Part shown: positions 37,527-48,749 of the stretch, one piece after another
Numbering within the stretch: the stretch's first letter is position 1
Layout: the number at the start of each line of letters is the position of its first letter
NCBI RefSeq assembly: GCF_006345805.1
Contig: NC_043003.1
Span: forward strand, 104,160,001 to 104,224,000
DNA from: Octopus sinensis
Lineage: Eukaryota
Direction: 5' to 3'
Length of the DNA: 64,000 nt
Translations under genes and position numbers: made by a program
Notes under the pieces: model-generated
What the model saw: only the letters and a program-made list of their open reading frames with translations
The model's database searches: none
What the model was told of the DNA's origin: nothing

Positions 37527-38064
37527 TATATATATACACACATACATATATATACACACACACACATATATGTATATATGCACACTCACACACATACATA
37601 TACACATATAAACACACACAAATACGTAATTCTTTAATGGGATAGATTCATTTAACATTTCTTTCTTGGATCCATAAAATGCCCAAGCTGAAGCAGATGT
37701 AAAACCTCCATCATTGCATTCAGACAATCTCTGATGGCAACAATGGCAGATGAAAGATGTGTTAGCATATATTACAAAGTGCTGCTCTTTTACCTCCTCA
37801 GTTCTTCAGCTCTTTCGCATTGTTTCTTAGCTCTTCTCTGAAGACTTGCAGGATGCAATGAATTCTATATTCAATAGTTTCTGACTTTCTTTGTTTTGTC
37901 TCCCCCCACCCCATTTGTCTCCAAATGTCTTTTGATTCTCTCAATATTTCTTGTCTTAATTGTTTTGGCATTTTTGTCATTTTCATTGTTACTTTCTGCT
38001 TTCTTTCTCACTCATCCCTTTATTATCTTTCTAGCTTTCTTTTTCCTTTTTTCCCCACGTTTTT

Positions 38065-38152
38065 TTCTATCTATCCATCTATCTATCCATCTATCTATCT
38101 ATCCATCTATCTATCTATCTATCTATCCATCTATCTATCTATCCATCTATCC

Positions 38153-38247
<95 letters not shown>

Positions 38248-38248
38248 C

Positions 38249-38290
<42 letters not shown>
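38065..38290. repeat. (ATCT)n/(ATCC) tetranucleotide microsatellite
   Basis: Seen directly. It produces the spurious ORFs 37896-38480 and 37925-38476. Confidence 0.98.
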
Positions 38291-38714
38291 TTCTTTCTGT
38301 TATTTACACTTCTTGCTTTCCATTGCTCTCTCTCTCTCTCTCTCTCTCTCTTGTTATTTGAACTCTTGGCTCTTTCTCTCTCTATCTTTCCATATCTTTC
38401 TTTCTTCCTTTTTGTCTTCAGCTTCTTATTTATATTTTGTTGCCAAGATTCTTTTGTTAAACTCAGAAATATTTAAATAATTAACAATATCAGTTAATAG
38501 ATAAACAAAGAAACAAACTAGCAAATAAAAACAGAAAGATATATGAATGAATCATTGGAAAGTTGCTTAAAAAATGAGATGCTATTTTCTCTTCAGTGGA
38601 CTGATTGAATAAAATTTTTCTTATTTCTGTCGGACTACTACAACACTAACAACAATAGTATTGAACAAATAAAAGAAGTGATTCAAATAGAACAGTCAAC
38701 TTTCTTTTGCATTT

Positions 38715-39055
38715 GATCCATGCCAGCGGCACATAAAAGGGCACCATTTGAGCGTGATCGTTACCAGTGTCGCCTTACTGGCACTTGTGTCCGTGCTAGT
38801 AGGGTGCCAAGAGCACCATCTGAGTGTGATTGTTGCCAGAGCAGCCAACTGGCTTCCATGCCAGTGGCACGTAAAAGGGCACCATTTGAGCGTGATTGTT
38901 AATAACATTGCCTTACTGGCACCTGTGCCAGTGGCATGTGTAAAAAGATTCGAGCGAGATCATTGGCAGTACCGCCTGACTTGCCCCCATGCTGGTGGCA
39001 CGTAAAAAGCACCCACTACACTCTCGAAGTGGTTGGCTTTATGAAGGGCATCCAG
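38715..39055 (+). mobile_element. RTE-type array copy (partial A-B-A-B-C), tail truncated
   Basis: Same units as the 18.1-kb and 34.5-kb copies. Confidence 0.85.
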
Positions 39056-39189
39056 AGCATTTCTTGGCTCTGCCCGTCTTTCTATCTCCTATCTCACGAG
39101 CGCCCTCTCGTTGTTAACGATGTGACCAGGGGAGATAACTCCAGATGACCCATGTTCGGACATGGATTCAACTACGGTTGCCTACACAT

Positions 39190-39620
39190 ATATTTTACTG
39201 TTCCATTTCCAGATTGTATCTGTAAAGTTTGTGCAAACCACTTTCTTTCTTTGCTTCAAAATCCTAGCTTTTTCACTAAGTAAACCAATGTATATTTGTA
39301 TTAATGTATATTTGTAATCAAAGTAGAGGAGCTGCAGGTTTTATTCACTGATATTCCCTTTCTTGTTGATTTTAGAAAAGATGTTTACATCTGCCAGGCA
39401 GTTTATCTCTTTGATTGTTGATGACTTTTCTGTCCCAAATAATCATGTCAGGTCTCTTATCTTTGCACTTGCTAGAAGTTTTGATGGGAATGTTCTACAA
39501 ATATTCCTTGTATTGATATGTTTGTATTCAATAGCAGAGGTGATGTTTGTATTTATCCTAGGATAATCTTCACTGCTGGTATCATTGTATATTGTTTTAA
39601 CAACATCATATCACAGTGGG
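39190..39620 (-). mobile_element. R4/NeSL-type non-LTR restriction-like endonuclease fragment
   Basis: KCKDKRPDMIIWDRK followed by frameshifted EINCLADVNI resembles the RLE motif RPDI.I.D...IEV.CP.D.N. Confidence 0.5.
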
Positions 39621-40068
39621 AGATATTACTTTTATGACATTTTTGGGCAGCTGTTAATTACATGTTTTGTGACCACCACAGAAGAGTAAATTAATCAGCT
39701 GTTGCATCTTGGAATTTTTAAGGGCTTCACAGTTTCATTTATTCATGGGATATTTTGTAGCTGTCTCCTGCCCTCAGATTGCAAAAGCATGACCTTTGAG
39801 ATGTAATGTGATGTAGCAACTCTTGAGTTCAAGTGAGGTTACACTTCATGCTAAGTTTAAGTTTACTGGAACATGTCTATGCATAACGTTTTAATGGTAT
39901 GCAGAGTGTTTCTCTTTAATGGTATGCATAGACATGTATTTGCTGAGATATGCAAACCCTGCTCAAGCTCACTCCAAATTGTTGGAAAATGGTAAAAGAG
40001 GAGACAGAGAGCAGCTGTAAGGCAAGTAAAGAGCAACAGCAATGAGAGCCAAAACTACATGCATAGTA

Positions 40069-40436
40069 TCTTCTCTCTATATATAAACAGCAAAATGTCT
40101 GTGTGTGTGTCCTTTATACAAATCCACAATTTTTCAGTTAGAGGCTCTCGCACTTTCTGTGATCATTCAAAACCATCCAAGGGTGGTCGTGCACATCTTT
40201 ACATTTCCCCAGTCACCCCACAAAGCCATTAAAAAATCAATAGAAGTAACTTTTTTGTGAATTTTCTATCCAAAACCCAATCAAAATGCCTGAAACTTGA
40301 TACGCCAATTGAATGCCAGCTAGCTGTATGTGATTGGTCGGAGATTTGGACAGTATTCGCGTATATGTGCGCATGCATGCAGCTGTATATGCATGCACTA
40401 GCACTATGACCCGGCAACGCCGGGTCATAGTGCTAG
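40069..40436 (+). mobile_element. Non-autonomous Helitron
   Basis: A|TC start, perfect hairpin gacccggc-aac-gccgggtc, CTAG|T end. Confidence 0.88.
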
Positions 40437-40869
40437 TAGTAGATAAAACACAAGACAAATAAGTAAACAGTAAAAGAGCCATTAGGAGGAAAGGGAACAG
40501 ACAGGCACATCAAGAGTAATGTTGACTAGTTTTAGAAAGCATGGAATTTATAAAGGATGCAGTATCCTGACAGCTCAAAATTGACACATGTAAATTATTC
40601 GATGCTTCAACAATTCTGACATTAGAAACATGTTTCTGAAAGCCATGGGTTTGCTCCATGCTTTGATTTTATAAACATGTATATAAGAGATAGAGGTATT
40701 AAATTTTGAAAAGTGGCCTAAGTTGTTGGAATCATGGTGGATAATCTTGTGGTCTTTTACAAAGTCAACAACTTGGCATTGGTGCCTTACAAGTGTGTTG
40801 ATGCCCAGAGAAGCATTATGTTGAAGATATGGTTAATGACTGACAAACCATATTCATCTGAACAACTTC

Positions 40870-41135
40870 CATCATCATCATCATCATCATCGTTTTATGT
40901 CCATTTTCCATGCTAGCATGGGTTAGACGGTTCGACCGGTGTCTGGGAAGCCATGAGGCTGCACCAGGCCCAGTCTGATCTGGCAGTGTTTCTACAGCTG
41001 GATGCCCTTCCTAAAGCCAACCACTCTGAGTGTAGTGGGTGCTTTTTACGTCCCACCGGCACAGGGGCCAGAGGAGACTGGCAAACGGCCACGATCGGTT
41101 GGTGCTTTTACGTGTCACCGACACGGACGCCAGTC
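40870..41135 (-). mobile_element. RTE-type 3' end, inverted partner of 45578-45835
   Basis: The reverse complement aligns over about 255 nt and includes a 60-nt perfect block. Confidence 0.9.
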
Positions 41136-41314
41136 AGGCGGCGCTAGCATCTGCCACGTTCGGACGGATATTCTGGAAAACATGAGGGTTCCAAACTGGA
41201 AATGCAAACTGTTATTTTCTCATTTACTCAATCCACCTATGTTTAGCCTCTCTCGCAAAATAGGACTGAATGTGTGCATCTGTGTACATTTCTCTTCTCT
41301 GTTTTTTTTTTCAG

Positions 41315-41410
41315 GACATCACCATACATGCATTAGATCTATCTAAACCAGCTGAGGTTTATAAATGGGCCAAGAACTTTGCTGAATCTCATCACAAGCT
41401 GGATGTTCTG
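41315..41410 (+). CDS. DHRS12: DHRS12-like exon (96 nt, phase 0 to phase 0)
   Basis: Polypyrimidine-tcag acceptor and gtgagt donor. Encodes DITIHALDLSKPAEVYKWAKNFAESHHKLDVL. Confidence 0.93.
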
Positions 41411-41842
41411 GTGAGTAACCTCTATTAAGATATTTAAATAATTGTGTTTTTTACAGCAGAAACAATGGACAATGGTTGGAATCTGGTGGTGATTCTACCA
41501 TATGACCTGAAACTCATGGTAATAACAATGGTGCTGATGACAACAACTATAACAAACATGGCATACTCCTGCAAACTCCCTAATCTCAGTTGAAAATTTC
41601 TGGAAGTCCTTTCTTTATGACATGTATAACTTTTACATGCCATGGTAGAATATATGCAAAGTATGAAGGAAGCAATCACAGACACTGTACTCTATCAATT
41701 AGCTTGCAGCTTGTACTGTCAAGAAGAATTAATTTATATTTATTGTTATTATTTATTATTATTATTATCATTATTATTATTATTATTATGATGGTGATGG
41801 TGGTGGTAGCGGTGGCGGTGGTGATGATGATGAAGATGATGG

Positions 41843-42294
41843 CAGCAAGCTAGCGGAATCATTAGCATGCCGGACAAAATGCTTGGTGGCATTTTCCCAT
41901 TTTTATGTTCTGAGTTCAAATTCCACCGAGATCGATTTTGCCTTTCATCCTTTCAGGTTCGATAAATTAAGTACTGGTGAAACAATGGGGGCTAATGTCA
42001 TTGTCTAGTTCCCTCCCCACAAATTTCACACCTGTGCCTTTAGTAGAAAGGATTATTATTATTATTATTATTATTATTGTGGCAGCAAGCTGGCAGAATC
42101 CTTAGCACATTGGACGAAATGCTTAGTGGTATTTCACTCATTGCTACATGCTGAGTTCAAATTCTGCCAAGATCAACTATGCCTTTCGTCCTTTCAGAGT
42201 CGATGAATTAAGCACCAGTTTCATACTGGGGTCGATCTAATCGACTGGCCCCCTCCCTCAAAAAATTTCAGGCCTTGTGCCTATTGTAGAAAGG

Positions 42295-42332
<38 letters not shown>

Positions 42333-42560
42333 CATTATTATTATTATTATGGTGATGGTGGTGGTGGTGGCAGCAAACTGGCAGAATCATTACCATGCTG
42401 AGAAAAATGCTTAGCAGCATTTCTTCTCAAATGCTACCAAGGTCATCTTTGCATTTCATCATTTTGGGGTTGATAAAATAAATACCTGTCGAACCCTGGG
42501 GGTCAATGTAATTGACTTGTCCCCTCCCCCAAAATTGTTGCCTTGTGCCAAAATTTGAAT
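41843..42560 (+). mobile_element. Chain of three head-to-tail SINEs separated by (TTA)n
   Basis: Heads ggcagcaa(g/a)ct at about 41843, 42080 and 42368. The first two tails end agaaaggattattatt. Confidence 0.85.
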
Positions 42561-42567
42561 TTCTTGT

Positions 42568-42908
42568 TGCTGTTGAGCGAATAGTCTTTGTCCCAGAGCT
42601 CGCAAAGCGGAAGAAGTCGGAAACGTGGTCCTTTGCTATTCATAAGACCCGCAGAAGAGAAAGCAGGTCAACCCCCAACACCGAGTGCATTGACGGATGG
42701 ATGAAAGCGCATCCAGGCTCAGCGGTTGCGTAGGAAGTCGGGGACAAGAAACAGGAAGAAAGAACAAGAGAAAGTTGGAGCGAAAGAGTACAACAGGGGT
42801 CGCCACCACCCCCTGCCGGAGCCTCGTGGAGCTTTAGGTCTGGGAATCGAAACCACGATCCTCTGACCACGAGTCCGCTTCCCTAACCATTGGGCCATTG
42901 CGCCTCCA
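42568..42908 (-). mobile_element. tRNA(Arg)-like SINE, long-tail family, flanked by (CAA)n
   Basis: Matches 4056-4408 with a short internal deletion. Confidence 0.9.
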
Positions 42909-43775
42909 CTGTTGTTGTTGTTGCTCCTGAATCCTTAGTGGTATGTCTTCTGGCTCCTTACATTCTGAGGTCAAATTCTGCTGAAGTCAACTTTCATCCT
43001 TTCAGTGTCAATAAAATGAGAACCAGTTGAGCACAGAGGTTGATGCAATTGACTTTCCCCACCTCCCAAAAATTGTCAGCCTTGTGTCAAAATCATTAGG
43101 TTCTCACAGTTTTTCTCCTGCTTCTTTATGATCTGAGTTCAAATCTTACAGCAGTCAATTTTACCATTCATCCTTCCCTAATAGTCAAGTATTATAGCAG
43201 TGGATGAATACTCTCCAGTTGATGGTGGTAGATTCTTTAAATATTGTAGACAGTGTCCTTTGACGGCAAGTGAACCACTGGGGCATTGGTGTTTCATGGA
43301 TCTTTGCTTACGTGGGGAATGTGTGAGGTGTACCTGGGAGAATGTGCTCAGTTACCCATTTAGTTGTTTCAGACAGATCAGAAGGGATGCACCTTTCATG
43401 TTAACAGTAATCAATGTAGAATCAGCTAAGTTCCAACAACCAGGGGGCTTGAGATGCTTTAGGGTTCAAAATATGGATGTATGGTGGGTTGCCTTGATCA
43501 GGATATAATTATGGGATACAGGGCCATTTTAACAGCATTATAGGCCCCAGGGCGAATAAGTGCACTGGACCCTTTAGTATTTATTTGACACAGGTGAGGT
43601 ACCCATGCTAGTGATATGTGAAAGGAACTCTGTGCCAGTGACACGTAAGAGGCAACTGTGCCAGTGATATGTATTAATGTCAACATTTGTCACTCAGAAT
43701 GCTGAAAATATCCTTTTTATTTTCTAAGTTATAGAATCGTAGACAAATATATATATATATATATATATATATTTA

Positions 43776-43924
43776 ATCAAAATAAGCAACAAGAATGACT
43801 CCGGTAATTTGGTACGATCGTTTCGTACTACATCATTTTATTAAATGTTGTAAGTATTACAACATGACGTAGTACGAAACGATCGTACCAAATTACCGGA
43901 GTCATTCTTGTTGCTTATTTTGAT
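43776..43924. repeat. Perfect 56-bp inverted repeat with an inner hairpin, within a (TA)n-flanked insert
   Basis: 43776-43831 is the exact reverse complement of 43869-43924. Confidence 0.97.
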
Positions 43925-43999
43925 AATAATCACCCCATACAAAATTCTGGTGCATCTAAATTAAGTACCATATTCATTTGAATCTAAATTTTTGCTGAA

Positions 44000-44056
<57 letters not shown>

Positions 44057-44141
44057 TCACACATATATATGTACACATACACACATATAATTACTTCACA
44101 CATGTATACATATATGTATAAATCTATTTTATCTATTTCAG

Positions 44142-44223
44142 ATCAATAATGCTGGTGCTATGTTAAATGTGAAAACTGTTACCCTAGACGGATTGGATGC
44201 TGGCTTTGCTGCTAATACCCTTG
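44142..44223 (+). CDS. DHRS12: DHRS12-like exon (82 nt, phase 0 to phase 1)
   Basis: tttcag acceptor and gtagaa donor. Encodes INNAGAMLNVKTVTLDGLDAGFAANTL, including the NNAG motif. Confidence 0.95.
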
Positions 44224-44252
44224 GTAGAAAATAATTTACATTGTCTTCCCCT

Positions 44253-44287
<35 letters not shown>

Positions 44288-44580
44288 TGTATAGTTTTTT
44301 TATTGAAGTTGTATATGTGAACATACATACACACACGCACAAATATGTATGTATAGTTTTTTTTATTGAAGTTGTATATGTGTACATACATACACACATA
44401 TATGTATATATATGCTTGCATAAGATCATATATGGTTATGTTTGTAAATATATCTATTTTACCTTCTATGATGGAAGGAAGCTCACCAGACCTTTCATAA
44501 GGGGTTTAACAAGATCTTGAGGCTTCTTTTCAACATTACATGTGTCATATCAAAGACTCATTTGAACTTATATATATATA

Positions 44581-44711
44581 CAGGTTGTCCCAAAAAAATG
44601 TATACACACCTTAAATAATTGTAAATTTGTTATTCTTTGTAAGCCTAGTACTTATTCTATCGTTCTCTTTTGCCGAACCACTATGTGTATACATTTTTTG
44701 GGGACACCCTG
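44581..44711. mobile_element. Tc1/mariner-type MITE (28-bp TIRs, TA TSD) containing a SINE fragment
   Basis: caggttgtcccaaaaaaatgtatacaca / tgtgtatacattttttggggacaccctg match at 26 of 28 positions. Confidence 0.85.
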
Positions 44712-44719
44712 TATATATA

Positions 44720-45121
44720 TCTTTATATATAAAAGTGAGGTTGTGTGCTGTCTGTCTCCTACGATTTAGATTCCTAACTACTCCCACATTTTGCGGTGCA
44801 GTTTAACCAAAACCAGGTATCTTATAGTCGTGATTCATATCGAGCCCCTCTGGGTATTAGCGCACGTCTACGATGAGTCTACGATTTTTAAAAAAATTTA
44901 CCATCAATTTTTCCCATTTTTAATGCATTTTTGGCATATATAAGGGAAGTAACTCTCTAAAAATTTATTATTAAATCTCAGAACGTAAAAAGCTACAGTA
45001 ACCCCCCCACCCCGCCTTTGTTGTTAGCCATATTGAGATGGCTATTTTACTTTACATCTCTAAAAATGCTTATATAGTTATTTCCCTTACAAACCCGAAC
45101 AACGCCGGGCGATACTGCTAG
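44720..45121 (+). mobile_element. Non-autonomous Helitron, second family
   Basis: A|TC start, cccg-aacaacgc-cggg hairpin, CTAG|T end. Confidence 0.75.
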
Positions 45122-45202
45122 TATATATATATATATATATAGCATAATTAAATCTCAGAATGAGATTGAAACAGTAATCGCTCGATAATGTAAAGTATAG
45201 AA

Positions 45203-45253
<51 letters not shown>

Positions 45254-45393
45254 AAAAGATGTGTATCTGTGTCTACACATGTATGTATGTGGATGCAAAT
45301 GTATTTACAAATGTGTAATGCACTTGAGCATTGTATACTAGTTCATTATATTATATTATATGTATGTAAATATCTGACTATTTTATGTTTCAG

Positions 45394-45455
45394 CTCCACA
45401 TATATTGACAACACAACTAATTTCTAAATTATCCCAGAGTGATGATGCCCGAGTA
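45394..45455 (+). CDS. DHRS12: DHRS12-like exon (62 nt, phase 1 to phase 0)
   Basis: tttcag acceptor and gtaagt donor. Encodes (A)PHILTTQLISKLSQSDDARV, compared with human GVYILTTGLIPVLEKEHDPRV. Confidence 0.9.
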
Positions 45456-45577
45456 GTAAGTACCATTGAATTTTTTTACTAAATGTGCAGTCCATATATG
45501 AGTGTGTCGGTGTACACAATGGGGAATTTGAAAAAATGAAGCAGATATGTTCCATTAACTGTGTAATGTGAATATGC

Positions 45578-45835
45578 GACTGGCTTCCGTGTCGGTGGCA
45601 CATAAAATCCACCAACCGATTGTGACCGTTGCCAGCCTCCCCTGGCACCTGTGCTGGTGGCACGTAAAAGCACCCACTACACTCTCGGAGTGGTTGGCAT
45701 TAGGAAGGGCATCCAGCTGTAGAAACACTGCCAGATCAGACTGGGCCTGGTGCAGCCTCCTGGTTTCCCAGATCCCAGTCGAACCGTCCAAACCATGCTA
45801 GCATGGAAAACGGACATTAAATGATGATGATGATG
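45578..45835 (+). mobile_element. RTE-type 3' end with (GAT)n tail
   Basis: Family tail; inverted partner of 40870-41135. Confidence 0.9.
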
Positions 45836-47083
45836 AAAGGTGTGCAAAAGAGTTGTGTGGAAAACTGGATACAAGAGGAATTTAAATGTAGTGCACTGGA
45901 GCCAAGACTGTGTTAATATGAACAGGTGCTGCATATGAAGAATGACAGCTACATAAGAACATGTGAAGTAATCGAAGTGGATTGAACCTATGGAAAGGGG
46001 CTGAATGAAGAAGACTTGGAATGAAGTGGTTATGACTCATCTCAAAATGTTGCATCTCACAAATCATCGTCATTTAATATTCACTTTTCCATGGCTGCAT
46101 GGGTCAAATGGAGTTTATTGGGACAGATTTTCTATTGCCAGATGCCTTTCAGTTTTCCAAGTAAGGTAATATTTCCCTTTGGTTAGATGTAATTTTGCGG
46201 AATGCTGGAAACAAAGGATTATTTGTATGTCAAAGGCACTCATTTACCATTATCATGCAGTATCAATACAAAAAGACTCAAGCACACACGCATGTATGTG
46301 CACGCACGCACATGCACATATAATGAGCTTCTTTCGGTTCTGTCATCCAGGGGCTGTGCCCAAGGCACAGCCACACCATGGGATGAACCTGAAAGCATGT
46401 GACTGGGAAGCAAAGTTCCTAACCACACAGCCACGTCTGTGCCAAGAGGACAAAGACTCTGTTGATTGGAAAAGACCCAGCTATCTATACAAACTTGGTA
46501 AAATGTAAATTATAATAATGAGAGGGGTGCAATGATGAAGTTTCAGGTATATAATACATATCTACATCTGAAAATCTCACCCATTTGTACCTGTTGAGTC
46601 ACCATCTTCTATCTCTCTTCCCTATTTGTTACGCTCCCATCTTTCTGTCTGCCCTTTTCCTAGTCACTGTATCAGATCTATCCATATTTAATCCCTTTCT
46701 ATTCCCTTCATATTGCCCTACTTCTCTCTCCTTCAAATCACAGTGCTTGAAGAATGCAGGAATTTCATTGGATCTTTTACCACCCAATACTTTTATCCCT
46801 ATGTTTTACCTATGTTTCTCGTAGGTCACTCTTTTATTAACATCCATCACTTTTTACATACTAATGTTATCCTTCTATACCTCCTTTCCCTGGTCACATC
46901 TCCTCCCGTAGTCACTCTTTATTGACATTCATCATACTCACTTATTTCCATTTCTATGACTGTCCACCTCTCCCCCCTCTCTCTCACTCACACACACACA
47001 CACACACACACACACGCAGCCATTAGGGTTTGACAAGATGTGTGTAAAGCTAAGCACTTTATGGACACAAAACCCTGGGCATA

Positions 47084-47125
<42 letters not shown>

Positions 47126-47203
47126 ATTATTATTTGAGGGAATATTAATCCTAACTTACAGGGAAAAAATTCAATTTAGAAATACTAAATCAAATTTCAC
47201 ACA

Positions 47204-47246
<43 letters not shown>

Positions 47247-47252
<6 letters not shown>

Positions 47253-47554
47253 ATTAGAAAGAACCACCTTTTATCAATTCAAAACGAACAATTAAATTAC
47301 ACCATCTATAAAATTATATACAATAGAAATATTAAAATTAAAATAACAATAAACTACCAATGATTAAGTAAATTGCAAAAAATAATAAAAACATATATAA
47401 TTGGTATACGTTTTTATTATTTTTTGCAATTTACTTAATCATTGGTATTTTATTGTTATTTTAATTTTAATATTTCTATTGTATATAATTTTCTAGATGG
47501 TGTAATTTAATTGTTCATTTTGAATTGATAAAAGGGGGTTCTTTCTAATTTTTT
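47247..47554. repeat. AT-rich fold-back with ~146-bp arms between (TA)n tracts
   Basis: 47247-47392 versus 47410-47554: about 4 mismatches and 1 indel, with a 17-nt spacer. Confidence 0.95.
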
Positions 47555-47570
47555 ATATATATATATATAT

Positions 47571-48240
47571 GATATGCTGTACTGCTTGGCATTTGCAGCA
47601 GAAGCTCCAATGCAAACATTTCAGAGTGTTTGGGTGTCAATCTGAGGACATGCACCAGGGGTGATAAAAATCAAGCATCCAGTCAACATCACATCATGAT
47701 GTTTGGAGCGATCACTAATGATGGTGACATTATGCCTCCCTTCATCTTCCCACACAGCCTCAGACTCAACATGGAGGCCTACATCAAGTGCCTGGAGGAG
47801 GTAATGTTGCCTGGGTCAAGACCCTATGTCTGGCAACAGGACTCTGCACCATGCCACACAAGCAGGAGAACCCAGTCATGGCTGTCAGACAATTTCTGTG
47901 ACTGCATCACCCGTAACCTCTGGTCACCTAACTCCCCAGACTACAACCCTCTTGATTATTATGTGTGGGGCACATTTGAGCAAGAGACCAACAAAACTCC
48001 TTATAACACCAGAGATGAACTGAGGGCAAGGATTATGGCAGCATTCAATAACTTAAACAAGGAGACTGTCCAGAAGAGTTGCAGGAGATTCCAAAGTTGA
48101 AGCTAACAGTGATTTTATTGAATAAATTTACTCTTTAATATTTCAAGATATTTTTATGCAATTTTGGTAAATATATCTGTTAAAATGAGATGTCAGTGTT
48201 ATTTTCATTTTTGCATAATTTAGACAACAGTTTATTCATA
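47571..48240 (+). mobile_element. Internally deleted DD37D (maT) transposase remnant
   Basis: WQQDSAPCH...WSPNSPDYNPLDYYVWG has 37 residues between the second and third catalytic Asp. The N-terminus is fused directly to the catalytic half. Confidence 0.88.
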
Positions 48241-48503
48241 GAGAGTAGTGAGATATGAAGGTAGTAGAAAGGGATTAAGTATGGATGTGTGTGTGTATAC
48301 ACCCATAGTAAAGATCAGCAGTGATATTATGGTTCCAGTTTACCAACCCTCATTATCAGCTTGTTAAAAAGTACTGACTGTTCCTGCAGTTTAATAGGAA
48401 AAGAAAACGGTGCTAAAAAAAATTTATGATCAGAATATATATTTATTGCAAATACTGACTACATGTGAAATATCCTTATGTGTTTGACCACTTTCTCTTG
48501 CAG

Positions 48504-48699
48504 ATTATGGTCAGTTCTGGTGGTATGTTGGTCCAAAAGTTAAGTGTCACTGACCTCCAAAATGACAACAGTCCATATGATGGTACCATGGCTTATGCAC
48601 ATAATAAGAGGCAGCAGGTGATAATGTCTGAACAATATGCAAGGAAATACCCTAGCATCTACTTTTGCTCCATGCACCCGGGGTGGGCTGATACACCTG
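48504..48699 (+). CDS. DHRS12: DHRS12-like exon (196 nt, phase 0 to phase 1) containing the catalytic residues
   Basis: ttgcag acceptor and gtaagt donor. Encodes IMVSSGGMLVQKL...YDGTMAYAHNKRQQV...MHPGWADTP, with the catalytic Ser and YxxxK. Confidence 0.97.
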
Positions 48700-48749
48700 G
48701 TAAGTGTTATTTCTATTTTTTATTCTTTTTTTTTTATTATTATGTTGTT

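Noticed and set aside
37630-37800. Antisense exon candidate (ICHCCHQRLSECNDGG...)
   Set aside because: There is no polypyrimidine acceptor, an in-frame stop lies just upstream, and I recognise no homology.
37896-38480. 194-aa and 183-aa ORFs
   Set aside because: They are translations of the (ATCT)n and (CT)n microsatellites (IYLS repeats).
43180-43690. GC-richer block, possibly a LINE linker (PQWFTC)
   Set aside because: A single weak motif with stops in all frames is not enough to call.
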